Shown here: one piece after another, positions 1-11,879 of the stretch
Layout of the letters: each line of letters begins with the position of its first letter
Numbering within the stretch: position 1 is the stretch's first letter
Assembly (NCBI GenBank): GCA_030704615.1
Contig: CM060733.1
Coordinates: 42,532,001-42,596,000, forward strand
Length of the DNA stretch: 64,000 nucleotides
Direction: 5' to 3'
Source: Takakia lepidozioides
Lineage: Eukaryota; Plantae; Bryophyta
Made by a program: the position numbers and the translations under genes
The notes under the pieces: model-generated
Told to the model about the DNA's origin: nothing
The model's input: the letters and a program-made list of their open reading frames with translations, nothing else
The model's database searches: none

Positions 1-699
1 TCTAACCCCACTTTCACATCAGCAATTTTTGGAATGTGCAGGAAGGCTGTTGGAATATATTTACTTTGATTTGATCCCCTCCTTAACCCCGGGTGCGAAT
101 GGACGTTTAACTGCTCAAATTAATAAGAGCAATGAAAAAATAACCTTGCTGAAGCCGTGAAGGCAAGTACGTAACCAAAAACTAGAGGCACACCACTTCA
201 AAGATGAGAAGTGGGCCAAAGGGGAGAGAGAGAAGACGGAGAAAGGCGGATACCCAATGGGATTTTCTCTGGACTTTTGGGAGGAAATGACGTCCTATAG
301 GCCGGAGTGGCAGTCAGGGGATGGCCAACGTGCATTGCCCCCAGTGCGGTTTATTAGTGTAGTGGTGGATCATAGAAATATGATGCCCACATTGGCTGCA
401 TTCTCAGGTGTGGTGGCTTAGGGTGGTGAGCTCTTGGAAGGAAATAGCCATGCAGATGATAGGCCACCACCTGATGAGGACAAGCAATTGGCATACAAGG
501 CTGAGTTGCTTCCTCATGTTCCTGTGCATAGCTCACTGTGGGGTACAGTTGGGGATTTGCAGCGAGTGGCAAGCCAGTGTGTGCAGCAAGCATGACAGGA
601 GGCCTTTCCATTGGTAGGTGAGGAGAATTCAGTGACATCACCTGGACCTCCTCAATTAGCTCCATTGGACACAATGCCTATTATCTGGCAACAACCTGA

Positions 700-1430
700 C
701 TCAGGCATTTGTTTGCTAGACCTGTTTGGAGGCATGAGCACTGGGCTTGCAGGAGTGTTGTAAGCAGGGATTAAAGTACATAAGTACTTGTATGTGGAGA
801 AGGTGAGATTGCTCGGCGTATTTCTATGCGCCACATTGTCTCGCTCACACACGGGTATCCTGAGTTGTTGCCTCTCTTAGCAATTCAAGGGTATCAAAAG
901 GCCTTGCTAGCAGACATTACCTTGCTGGGGGCGGATAATTTGGACCGGCATGGTCCTATTGACTTGGTGATAGTCGGATGGCCTTGCCAATGACAGTCTC
1001 CCGCAGGTCATGGGAATGATTTGCATGATGCACGATCTCATCTGTTTTGGGAGATATTGCGAGTGTTGTGTGACTTGCAGGTGAGGCAAGTGCAACCTCC
1101 AGCTTACATCCTGGAGAATGTTCCTCTCATGGGAGATTCTCGGGCCAGGGTTATGGCCAGTGTGCATCAGATCCGGTCATGGATTGGACCAGCTGTATTG
1201 TTGGATGTAGCTGCAGTGGGTTCCTGGACACATAGGCCTAGGTTGTGGTGGACCAATCTTGCACCACCAGAGTTGCTCAAGAGAGCCTATCATTCCATTC
1301 AACGGCCACCAACCTCACGGTTGAGGGCATTTTGGACCAGGGGAGGCAACCACAGAGAGTGCAATATGATGATCGTCCACCTTCAGCGGTGGTCAATCGA
1401 GTGGGGCAACCACGTGATCCACCCACACTC
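700..1430 (+). pseudogene. C5-cytosine DNA methyltransferase (DNMT3-like, probably retrotransposon-borne), decayed and 3'-truncated
   Basis: Manual translation gives motif I LLDLFGG (713-733), motif IV DLVIVGWPCQ (to 990), motif VI YILENV (ENV 1114-1122) and motif VIII HRPRLWWTNL. Stops at 761 and 991, frameshifts near 800 and 1310. Confidence 0.85.
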
Positions 1431-1600
1431 CCAATCCCAAACAAAATGAGGAATGATGCATTCTGGGAACAATGGATACAGAATAGAATAAAAAGATGGC
1501 ACTTTGGGGTTTTTATTGATCCACATGAATTGCATTTGAAGCACATCTATTGTGCTGATTGTGCAAACAAATCTTTAGCCCTGTGCCTTCTGAATACAAG

Positions 1601-2314
1601 TCACGTTGTCAATGGGACTTCGACTGCTCTGAGAACTAGCTCATGAGTCATCGGGCTCCTCCAGGTAAACTGGATTGCAGCCGTTGTACCGCCCCTGTTG
1701 ATGTTCACCACAATGTTGTGCCCTTCAATCATACCACCATCAAATATGGAAAGCTTCACGTTTTCGTCGTCCACACCAATGCAAATGTCCCCATACAATG
1801 GAGAAGAGGAGCGCACTCCTTCAAGAGTATACGTCTCTCCGATGGAGTCCACCCACGTCCACTGGCAGCAGTTCCACCGCAACAACATAGCAGTGCGCAT
1901 TCTTCTGCATGGGTGCTCGTCGTAGGTGGGAAAATTGGAATCAAGGATGCGCAGGAGCCACGGACTCCTCAGACCAAGAGAGTCACCCCGCTCGAAGGCA
2001 TAGTGGCCTGGGATATACTCAAAAGCGGACAATGTTTCCACATTCGAACCAATATCTTCTGTGTAAACTGTGTACCAAATAACGATGTCTCCCGATGTGG
2101 CCGAATACATTGCATAATCGAAGCCTCCATAAGGGCAGTCGTCCCGGTTCCGGAAGCACGACATCCTTGCAAATGAGGACCTGAGGACGTCTTTGATGCC
2201 GATGACAACGACCTTGCGGACAGCAACGAAGCCCTTAGATTTTTGAAATGATGAGAAACGGAAGAGCAGTGTGGGCTCCAATAATGGAGCATCTGGGTCC
2301 CATGTACCCACCAA
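1601..2314 (-). CDS. Unknown protein, paralog of 2853-3299 (probably spliced, true start uncertain)
   Basis: Shares RWNCCQWT, PxYGDI, SxxDGGMIxGHxIVV and ELVLRAxEVP with ORF 2853-3299. Confidence 0.6.
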   Translation of the reverse strand: MVGTWDPDAPLLEPTLLFRFSSFQKSKGFVAVRKVVVIGIKDVLRSSFARMSCFRNRDDCPYGGFDYAMYSATSGDIVIWYTVYTEDIGSNVETLSAFEYIPGHYAFERGDSLGLRSPWLLRILDSNFPTYDEHPCRRMRTAMLLRWNCCQWTWVDSIGETYTLEGVRSSSPLYGDICIGVDDENVKLSIFDGGMIEGHNIVVNINRGGTTAAIQFTWRSPMTHELVLRAVEVPLTT

Positions 2315-2852
2315 TCATCGTGTAACGTGTTCATCACCCCAGCGGTGGATGAACCGATACCTCTTTCTCATCCACGGGGTATAGTTTGAAATCTGCTACT
2401 GAAGTCCATCCCCCAGATGGAAATTCGGCGCCGCATTTACATCGAAGGGGGGATGGACTTTGTCGTCTCGAGTGGCTATAGGCCCACCTAGCACTTACTG
2501 CCCATAGTTTGCATGGCAAGGAAGGAAACTGAAACGGCTACATTCATGGAGCAGCCAATCTTCATCCGTGCAGGCTCCTGTAGGGGGGAAATTTAAATGT
2601 GCCCTGGAGTGTTTGTGAGGAATTGCAGCATTTGCTTGAACTTCTTGCAGCCAACGTGTTGCTGCCCCCTCCATCCGGGAGCTGCTGTCATTGAGCGTAC
2701 TCCGCTACTCTTTTTCAACAATGCCGTGCTGTCGAAATCCTGCTGACTGCCCTTATCATGGCCACGATTATGCTATGTTCAAACCATAATTAAGAGACAT
2801 CATTGTCTGGCTCTTTGTTTTCACAGACGCTTCTGGAATCAAGCGGGAGTCT

Positions 2853-3299
2853 TTGCACGCAATGGAGTATTTGGAGGGCTATTACCGCTTTGAGCGAGGT
2901 GAGGGCGAGGGTCAATGCGGTCTGTGGGTCCTGAAAATTGTTGACCTTGATATACCAAGGTGGAATGGGATGCCGGATAGATCACGCACGGCCTCATTTT
3001 GGCGCTGGAACTGCTGCCAGTGGACCAGGGAGGACGGCACCGGGGAAAACTATATTCGTGGAGTTCACTCCGCTCTTCCAGTGTATGGAGACATTCGGCT
3101 GAGTTGCGAAGACAAATCGCACGGGCACATGAGGCCCACAGTGACCTTGTCAATGTATGATGGTGGTATGATTGATGGGCATGACATTGTCGTCAGCTCC
3201 ACCAAGGGCACCAGATCGACCACATTGCAGTTTACCTCGAGGTGCCGCATCAGTAATGAGCTTGTTTTGAGGGCTATCGAAGTTCCGTCGACTTGGTGA
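2853..3299 (+). CDS. Unknown protein, paralog of 1601-2314 (last exon; AG acceptor near 2827)
   Basis: Same conserved blocks as the divergent ORF 1601-2314. DNA is diverged but protein motifs are kept. Confidence 0.6.
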   Translation: MHAMEYLEGYYRFERGEGEGQCGLWVLKIVDLDIPRWNGMPDRSRTASFWRWNCCQWTREDGTGENYIRGVHSALPVYGDIRLSCEDKSHGHMRPTVTLSMYDGGMIDGHDIVVSSTKGTRSTTLQFTSRCRISNELVLRAIEVPSTW

Positions 3300-3569
3300 C
3301 GCCCATGTAGAAGTAGGAAGGGCTTAGATTTGTCTGGAGTTGCTAAATGTGAGACACCATGTTCGATCAATAAAACAACCCATCGTACCTCACTTCTGTG
3401 TGCTTGTGTTTCATTGTGTTCAAGAACTGCCGTAATTGGCCCTTTGTTTACAATTTGTGGTCTCATTTCTACAATGTGTCTGTCCATATGAATATACCAG
3501 AGTCAGCGATATCAGAGTCCTGAGGTGAAGGAAATCCATGTATGAGTAAAAGGAAACATGTACATGCCG

Positions 3570-4620
3570 AAGCTCGGAAATTCGGCACCGCATTTCATTT
3601 TTCTCCATGCAGCGATTTCTGGCAGCTCCCTTTCCTCCGTTGTGGTCGTAACAGAAATGTTGTACCGCATTTCATTTCTTGACATGGCATTACCATACTT
3701 CGAATTGGAAATGCGGCACCGCATTTCCATATTGGACCTTGAATTGTCCAAGCATGTCCAATCGCTAATGCTTGCCCATGTCCATACTTGAAATGCGGCA
3801 CCGCATTTCCATGTCCGTCATCGAAATTTCGTACCGGACAATGGAATGCGGCACCGCATTTCCGGAGAGCACAATGGAATGCGGTGCCGCATTTCCGTCG
3901 AAGGGTCTGGAATTGGACAAACAACGATGTCCGTTCTGAAAATGCAGCACCGCATTTTCATGTCCGTCATCAAAATTTTGTATTGGACAATGGAATGCGG
4001 TGCCGCATTTCCGTCCAACAAGACGGAATGCCCACACGGGTCTGGAATTGGACAAACAACGATGTCTGTTTTGGAAATGCGGCGCCGCATTTCCATGTTT
4101 GGCAATCGAAAGTTCTTATTGGACAATGTAATGCGGTGCCGCATTTCCGTCAAAGGGTCTGGAATTGGACAAACAACGATGTCCGTTTTGGAAATGCGGC
4201 GCCGCATTTCCATGTATGTCATCGAAATTTCTTATTGGACAATGGAATGCGGTGCCGCATTCCCGTCTAGCATCATGGAATGGGGAGCCGCATTTCCGTC
4301 GATGGGTCTGCAGTTGGCAAAACGTCCATCTCCAAAATGTAAATGCGGCATCGCATTTCCATGTTCGACCTCCGCATGCGGGGTGGCGTATCCATTTACC
4401 TCCATGGAAGGAGATGGCAATCGGCAAAACTACCGTGTCGAAAACGGAAATGCGGCACCGCATTTCCGTTCGGCCGAACAGTTTCTGATGTCCAAACCAT
4501 GAAACGGAAAATTGTTCTTGCCCCGGTTTTGGAAATGTGGTGCCGCATTTCCAAAGGAGGTTTTTGCAGTTGCTACATTTCCGTTCCGACATGGAAATGC
4601 AGTGCCGCATTTCCGATTTC
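3570..4620. repeat. Palindrome array A-left: about 17 copies of GGAAATGCGG-NN-CCGCATTTCC, partly in a ~118-bp dimer
   Basis: Visible directly, e.g. at 3707, 3790, 4073, 4191, 4446 and 4593. Confidence 0.9.
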
Positions 4621-5320
4621 AGGAGGGACCAGGTTTGGACGATGTTGTCGTTGAGAAGCACATGGGAGAGGGGACATGAAGGACGAGGAGAATTTCCTTT
4701 ATATACTCTGGAAGAGAATTTAAATGTACAGAGAGTTCATAAAAATTCTATTAATCTTGAAAATCATCACTATCGTCGTCCTGTCCTTGACTGTCCTGCT
4801 CCGCCTCCACCCCGTCATTGCCTTTCTCATCTCCAGCGGACTGCTCGTTGGCCAGGCTTTCGAAAATCCCATCTTCCCCTTGTGGAACCGACCATCTCAC
4901 CTCCGTTGGTCGTCTTCCTCCCTGTCTGCATCGCTCTCATCCGCTGAATTACATATGAACTTTCGCGCCCATCTACCTGTCTCAGCTGTTGCCAACTCTT
5001 TCCTTATCCTTCTGTCCTCCCTAGCCCTCTCCAAAATCTGCTCTACTTTACTGGGATTCTCACATCGTCTAATCGCTGTATTTGCGAGTTTAGCTGCATA
5101 ACTAGGAAGGGAGTAGTCCTTCACCGGATTCGTCATGAAGTCGGCCCTCGCAAAGAACGGGACATTCTTCCTGGCAGGAAGTTTAGGCCCTACATGTTTT
5201 GACCCGGATCCTGGAATCCTGCACATAACAATCACCAACGAGGCCAATGAGAACCACAGTCCGGAAATGCGTTTGACAAAAAATCACCCAGAAGGCTTTG
5301 CAAACTTACAATGTTTGCAC

Positions 5321-8300
5321 TCACTCGTATTCCGGGTTCTCCTCGGCATCAATGTCCACTGTCTCTTCCTCCGACTCCGACGAATCCGAGGAGTCTTTGG
5401 TTTCGATGGGAGCCTTCACATTCCGTTGCAGCCCTTCCAGATGGGATCCCCAGACAGATGTGTCCTCCTCGTAGGCAAAGAGGTGCCGGTCGGAAAACCG
5501 CCCAGCCCACATTGAGGCACCTGTTACAATGCCATCCACACATTATGACATGGCCCTTCAGATGTTGCGAATTAAAGCATAACAAGAATTTGCAGAACAG
5601 CATAGAACAAGATTCTGCATACCTGTCCCACAGATGAGGTCGAGCACTGTGCCCTCCAGGTCAGTGCATGCCTCCATAATTGTCTGAATGAAGGCAGGGC
5701 TCCGAGTCCGTGAATACCGCAGGGGTTCCATTGAAGTGAGGCTATGAGGGAGAAGTTCCATGGGAACGTTGTTGAACAGGACGTCGTAATCAATGGGGTC
5801 GCAGTTCGGGTCAACCAACAATCCCTCCTTCCGGAAAGCAAAGGTGGAGTTCTCCTTCACAAAGCAGTATGCATCGAACTGCTTCGTCTGCATACATAGT
5901 GGGGAACGATTAGAAATCGAATGCGGCACCGCATTTCAAAACTCCTAAGAAAATGAAAGGACGAGTGCCAATGTCATAATTACCTTCTTCCCTTCGGACC
6001 GAAGGCCCAATGTGTTGATGCACGTCCACTTCTTCTTCAGAATTGGGACGGCGCTCTTGTGGGTCCACTTCGCAATTCCTGTCTGCGTGTTTTTGCCTCT
6101 GCTCGCCAGGACAACCACACAGCCTCTGTCGTCCAACACCATGTGGGCGAGCCCGAATCCTTTCTTCCAAAAGTCCTCGGAGTACCTGTTCCAAGATGGC
6201 AAAGCTTGCAGTCCTTCCACAGGCTCTCCGTCCGGAATATCCAAGATGATCATATCGCAAGACCACTCGGTGGCATTTCCGCCCCTCCTGCAATCCTTGT
6301 CTGCACACACCCTCTCAAAGAACGAGACCATCTTCAGAAACCCAGGGGTGTCGGAAGGCTCTTGGGCAGCCGCCTTCTTCAGTGCTCTGCCCTTCAGACC
6401 CTCCATGGTCTTCATGTATGCCAACTTGGCTGCCCGTCCATCCAAAGCCGCCAAGAAACTCTCATTTACACACTGGACTACTGTATCGGGATCCACTTTC
6501 GGCCTCTTCATTTCCACCGGCTCAAAAGGGTGCCCCCCCCGGGGGGTTGAAGAGTGCCTTCTTTGCCGAGCCTGTTCTCGTCCCTCTTGTGACAATGGTG
6601 GGCACAGGGGATTTGGGCTGCGTTTCGGGGGGTGGGCTGGTTGCAAAGTCTCCATCGGAGTCCTCTTCGTCACCCTCTTCCTGCACTATCTGTTTCTGCT
6701 TCTTCGTTTTCTTGGGTGTCACAACTGCTGCTCCTTGCTGGCGAGTCCTCTTCTTCGACTTGCTCCTTCGCATTCGTCATTACTTGCGATTCCCACATGC
6801 ATTGTCACGTAGCAGTTCAGGGAATTCATTTCAGAAAAGAAAATCTGGGGAAGTACCTTGAATTACCTGGAACCACCAAGTCATGCGGTTGAGCCACACA
6901 TCCATTGCAAGGTCGGAAACTTTGAGTGGAAAAGACCACATTGTCCTTATACTCTCCGATGCATTCCAGATCGACAGCCACCGTGTCTGCCATTTCCGAT
7001 CCAATGTCAGGAGCAGGAAGAAGAGTGGCTATTGCTAGGAAGGAACTTCAGTGCATTGAAACCTCACCTTCTCTTTCGCCTCAACACATGCCGTTGAGAG
7101 GTGATGCAGTTTTTCCAACTGCATGGTCGGCTGCATGGCCCGAGAATAGTGTTTTGCAATCTCGGGGATGAAGTCCTTTTCAAGTGCCGGATCTGCAATG
7201 GCCACCAGCTTCACAAGCTTTGACTTGTATTTCGTTCTGGACTTGACCCCGGCTTCCTTCAAGTGCTCAGTCAATGACTGCAACGTTTCTCACTTTCCAT
7301 GAAGAAGCGTTTGGCATGGGCCAAATCCAGCTTGATGTTTGACTGCCAACAAAAACATGCAGAACCGTTACATTCGATTCATGTGAAAAGATTACTGAAA
7401 ATTGGGGAAGGATGAGCAGAGGGAAATGGGAGGACGACGTACTTCGTATATCACCTCCACCATTCCATCCATAGTGAGACGATACCATGTCCGGTCAATT
7501 TTTGCCACGGCTTTCTGAATGAGCTCAGGCTCTAGCATTTCCGCAAACATGTGTAGATCAGTGAGACCAGTTTTCCTCACCCTGTATAGTATATGTGCCA
7601 TGTGGGTATGCACGTACGCATTTTCAGTGACCCTACAAGGCACACTCTCCAGTTCAGTCCACGGAAGCACGGAAACAAAACAGATTGGAAACCGAAATGT
7701 GACACCGCATTTCGAACGTGCTTGGGAGGGTATGAGTATCTTACGAGTTGAGGTCCGCCATGGCATTCTTGAGCAAGGAGGAGTCTGTCGCCTTCACCTT
7801 GAGGATGACACACTGCACCATGTAATGCCAGCCAATGTGCTTGGCATGGTTCTGCTTGATGTACTCCCACCAGGCAAGAAGTCGGTGATTCCCGTCCCAC
7901 ACAAAGAACATTTTACCCAACATATGGCCGAAGTCTGGATCACCCTTCAGCGTTGCCTCGAATTCATCGTTGCAAGTGTGCCAGTGGGTATCCCATGTTG
8001 ACAATTCATCTGCAGTGGGTCCACGAGATTCACCGCCCTCATTCTCAATGGAAACGTAGAAGGCTGGCGAACCTAGATGGTACCCTTCTCGAAATGCAAA
8101 CTTGAGCTTATCCACATCTCCGGGAAGTGCCTGCCTGACGATGGGAAGGGAAACCATGCGACAGAGTGGGATTTGAAGAGTCCACTGGAATACCTGCCCA
8201 GAACTCTGCCAATGCTACTGTGTGTCTCCTCCAACATTGTATCCGTTGCACTTTGGAATTCCTCCGGAGACATTTTTGTAGGTGGCGGTAGGGGCTGAGC

Positions 8301-8888
8301 AGCTGGAGCATCCCCAACTGGAGCTGCACTCTGGGGAATCTTTGAACTGCAAAGACTTGCCCCTTTGAAGCCGCGTCCTTGAAATGCACAGGGCTAGGCC
8401 TGGCAGGAAGACCCGTGCTCGTGGATCGGCTGGGTGTGCGTGCTGCAGCTAGCTCCACGGACTCTTCCTGCGGCTCTTCGGATTCCTGCGATCCCTCCAG
8501 CACATCCACCTTTCCGGTTAGGCATGCAAACATCTTCTGCATTCAAGTCTCCTAGCATACAGTCCAAGAATTGCAGAAGAAAAATGAGGGGGGTTTCGGT
8601 GCTCGATCAGCTGCGTGAATCCCGATAGCACGAAACTCTCACTGTTGGCTGGGTTGCCTGCGTGGCCTGTTGCTGCGAGATGGCAATCTCCTCCAATAGA
8701 CGCATCTGCTTCCTCCCCTTCGGCATTGGCCTACGTCCGAAGTACAATTTTTGGAGCTTGTGACGATGTCTCTTCTCTGGTGCACGCACTCCCTCCCTCT
8801 CAGGTCCGAGCATAAGAAGAACAGAGACAGGGAAAATGGGCAAACAGTGCAGATGGAAAGGGCGTGAGAGGGGTGACTGAGTAGACAC
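5321..8888 (-). CDS. Spliced ParB/Srx-domain plus beta-class amino (N4C/N6A) DNA methyltransferase-like fusion of element A (possible frameshifts)
   Basis: Exons contain FFVWDGNHRLLAW (ORF 7741-8157), CDMIILDIPDG (ORF 5945-6673), RSPAFIQTIMEACTDLEGTVLDLICGTG (ORF 5558-5929) and GASMWAGRFSDRHLFAYEED (ORF 5321-5539). Collinear with the element B gene. Confidence 0.8.
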
Positions 8889-9164
8889 TACAAAAGAAGA
8901 TGAAACGGCGGTGACGCACCACTTGGGTTCGAAAGGTTTGGACGAAAGTGTCTCCTCGTGGACTATGCGTCATTACAAAATTAGAATCGTCAAGGGTACG
9001 CCTGTCATCCGAAAAACAAACATCATTATCCAACGGTCAGGCCGTACTGCCTCCTACCACTTCAGTCAGATAGAGTGCAGACATGTGCCGCAAATTCCGT
9101 TGCTCCACGTGTTCACATATCATGGCATTTCCGTCCCAGCGTATGATGAGTTAGAGTAAAAATG

Positions 9165-11500
9165 CAAATGCGGCCCCGCATTTCCGTTAAGTACCATCCT
9201 GAAGCTACACATACCGTACTTGTTGGACAAAAATGCGGCACCGCATTTCCGTTCCACCTTCACAGACCTTAGTTGTTGAACGGAAATGCGGTGCCGCATT
9301 TCCGGTCTGGAGAGTATTAAGGTCTGACACGGATGGAAATGCGGCACCGCATTTCAGTTCCCGTGGTTCATGATTTTCAATCAGAACGGAAATGCAGTAC
9401 CACATTTCCGTTCCACCTTCACATACCTTAGTTGTTGAATGGAAATGCCGTGCCGCATTTCCGTTCTAGAGAGTATGAAGGTCTCACCCGGACGGAAATA
9501 CGGTGCCGCATTTCCGTCCCACAGCTCCATGCCACACATACAAAACGGAAATGCAGCGCCGCATTTCCGTTCTGGAATGTCGGAAGGTGCGACTCAGGCG
9601 GAAATGCGGTGCCGCATTTCTGTTCCCGTGGTTCATGATTTTCAATCAGAGCAGAAATGCGGTATCGCATTTCCGTTCCACCTTCACATACCTTAGTTGT
9701 TGAACGGAAATGTCGTGCCGCATTTCCGTTCTGGACAGTATGAAGGTCTCACCTGGATGGAAATACGGTGCCGCATTTTGGTCCCACAGCTCCATGCCTC
9801 ACATACAAAACGGAAATGCGGCGCCGCATTTCTGTTCCGATGGTTCAAGATTTTCAGTCAGAACGGAAATGCGGTACCGCATTTCCGTTCTGGAGAGTAT
9901 GAAGGTCTCACCTGGACGGAAATAAGGTGCGGCATTTCCATCCCACAGCTCCATGCCTCACATACAAAACGGAAATGCAGCGCCGCATTTCCGTTCTGGA
10001 ATGTCGGAAGGTGCGACTCAGACGGAAATGCGGCACCGTATTTCAGTTCCCGTGGTTCATGATTTTCAATCAGAACGGAAATGTGGTACCGCATTTCCGT
10101 TCCACCTTCACATACCTTAGTTTTTGAACGGAAATGTCGTGCCACATTTCCGTTCTAGAGAGTATGAAGGTCTCACCTGCACGGAAATACGGTGCCGCAT
10201 TTCGGTCCCACAGCTCCATGCCTCACATACAAAACGGAAATGCGGCGCCGCATTTCCGTTCTGTAATGTCAGAAGGTGCGACTCGGACGGAAATGCGGTA
10301 CCGCATTTCAGTTCTAGAGAGAATGAAGGTCTCAACCGGATGTAAATGCGGTGCCGCATTTCCGTCCCTCAGCTCCATGCCTCAGATACAGAACGGAAAT
10401 GTAGCGCCGCATTTCCGTTTTGGAATGTCGAAAGGTGCGACTCGGACGGAAATGCGGCACCGCATTTCAATTCCCGTGGTTCATGACTTTCAATCAGAAC
10501 GGAAATGCGGTACCGCATTTCTGTTCCACCTTCACATACCTTAGTTGTTGAACGGAAATGTCGTGCCGCATTTCCGTTCTGGAGAGTATGAAGGTCTCAC
10601 CTGGACAGAAATACGGTGCCGCATTTCGGTCCCACAGCTCCATGCCTCACATACAAAACGGAAATGCGGCGCCGCATTTCCATTCTGTAATGTCGGAAGG
10701 GGCGACCCAGACGGAAATGCGGTGCCGCATTTCTGTTCCGATGGTTCAAGATTTTCAGTCAGTCCGGAAATGCGGTACCGCATTTCCGTTCTGGAGAGTA
10801 TGAAGGTCACAACCGGACGGAAATGCGGTGCAGCATTTCCGTCCCTCAGCTCCATGCCTCACATACAAAACGGAAATGCGGCGCCGCATTTCTTTTCTGG
10901 AATGTCGGAAGGTGCGACTCGGACGGAAATGCGGTGACGCATTTTAGTTCCGATGGTTCAAGATTCTCAGTCAGAACGGATATGCGGTAACCGTTCTGGA
11001 GAGTATGAAGGTCTCACCTGGGTGACGCATTTCAGTTCCGATGGTTCAAGATTCTCAGTCAGAACGGATATGCGGTACCCGTTCTGGAGAGTATGAAGGT
11101 CTCACCTGGATGGAAATAAGGTGCCGCATTTCCGTCCCACAGATCTATGCCTCACATACAAAACAGAAATGCGGCGCCGCATTTCCGTTCTGGAATGTCG
11201 GAAGGTGCGACTCGGACTGAATTGCGGTGCCGCATCTTAGTTCCCATGGTTCTTGATTCTCAATCAGAACGGAAATGTGGTACTGCATTTCCGTTCCACC
11301 TTCACATACCGTACTTGTTGGATGGAAATGCGGCACCGCATTTCTGTTCTGGAGAGTATAAAGGTTTCCCCCGGACGGAAACTCGGTGCCGCATTTCCGT
11401 CGCATTGGTGCATGACTATGATGCAAAACGGAAATGCGGCGCCGTATTTCCGTCCAACAGCAATCGAAAGTATCACTCCGGACGGAAATGCGGAACCTCA
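9165..11500. repeat. Palindrome array A-right: more than 40 copies of (GAAC)GGAAATGCGG-NN-CCGCATTTCC(GTTC) at exact 53-bp spacing, about 6 spacer types, 424-bp higher-order repeat
   Basis: Palindromes start at 9229, 9282, 9335, 9388, 9441, 9494, 9547, 9600, 9653, 9706 ... 10925, then 11112-11430, all in 53-bp steps. Confidence 0.95.
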
Positions 11501-11879
11501 ATGGGTTGCATTGTTCCGAAACAACACAATTGCGGCATGTTTTAATGAGCACAACATGGTTGTCTGACCGTTTTAACTAAAAGTCCTGGCACTTTTCAGT
11601 GCGAACGTTTATGTCTGCACCGCGAATACTGCTGGATCCACCCTCAGGAGAAACTGTCAGGAGATGTTATTTCGTCGCCGAATCGGCCATCATTGTCATA
11701 CTTACTGGATATGGAATCACACCTCCCACCTTCATGCATGTAGCTTGAAACAATACTTTCCACTTCAATGTGCGACTTCCAATCGTCGATGGATTCCGCA
11801 GATCCACTTACATGGTGCCTGTGAGCCTTGGTCTGTCGCTATACTAAACCTCGCACTTGCCAACTTCGTGCGGTCTTCG

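Noticed and set aside
1431-1600. Left terminal inverted repeat of element A
   Set aside because: No partner end in the window and no recognisable terminal motif; the boundary is inferred only from the DNMT truncation.
3512-4661. Many overlapping ORFs (KCGTAFP / MRHRIS / NAAPHF), also at 9120-11567 and 28396-29895
   Set aside because: They are translations of the palindromic repeats in all frames.
9165-11500. CRISPR array (palindromic repeat with constant-length spacers)
   Set aside because: Spacers recur in higher-order repeats, there are no cas genes, and the context is eukaryotic and intron-rich. Kept as a palindrome array.
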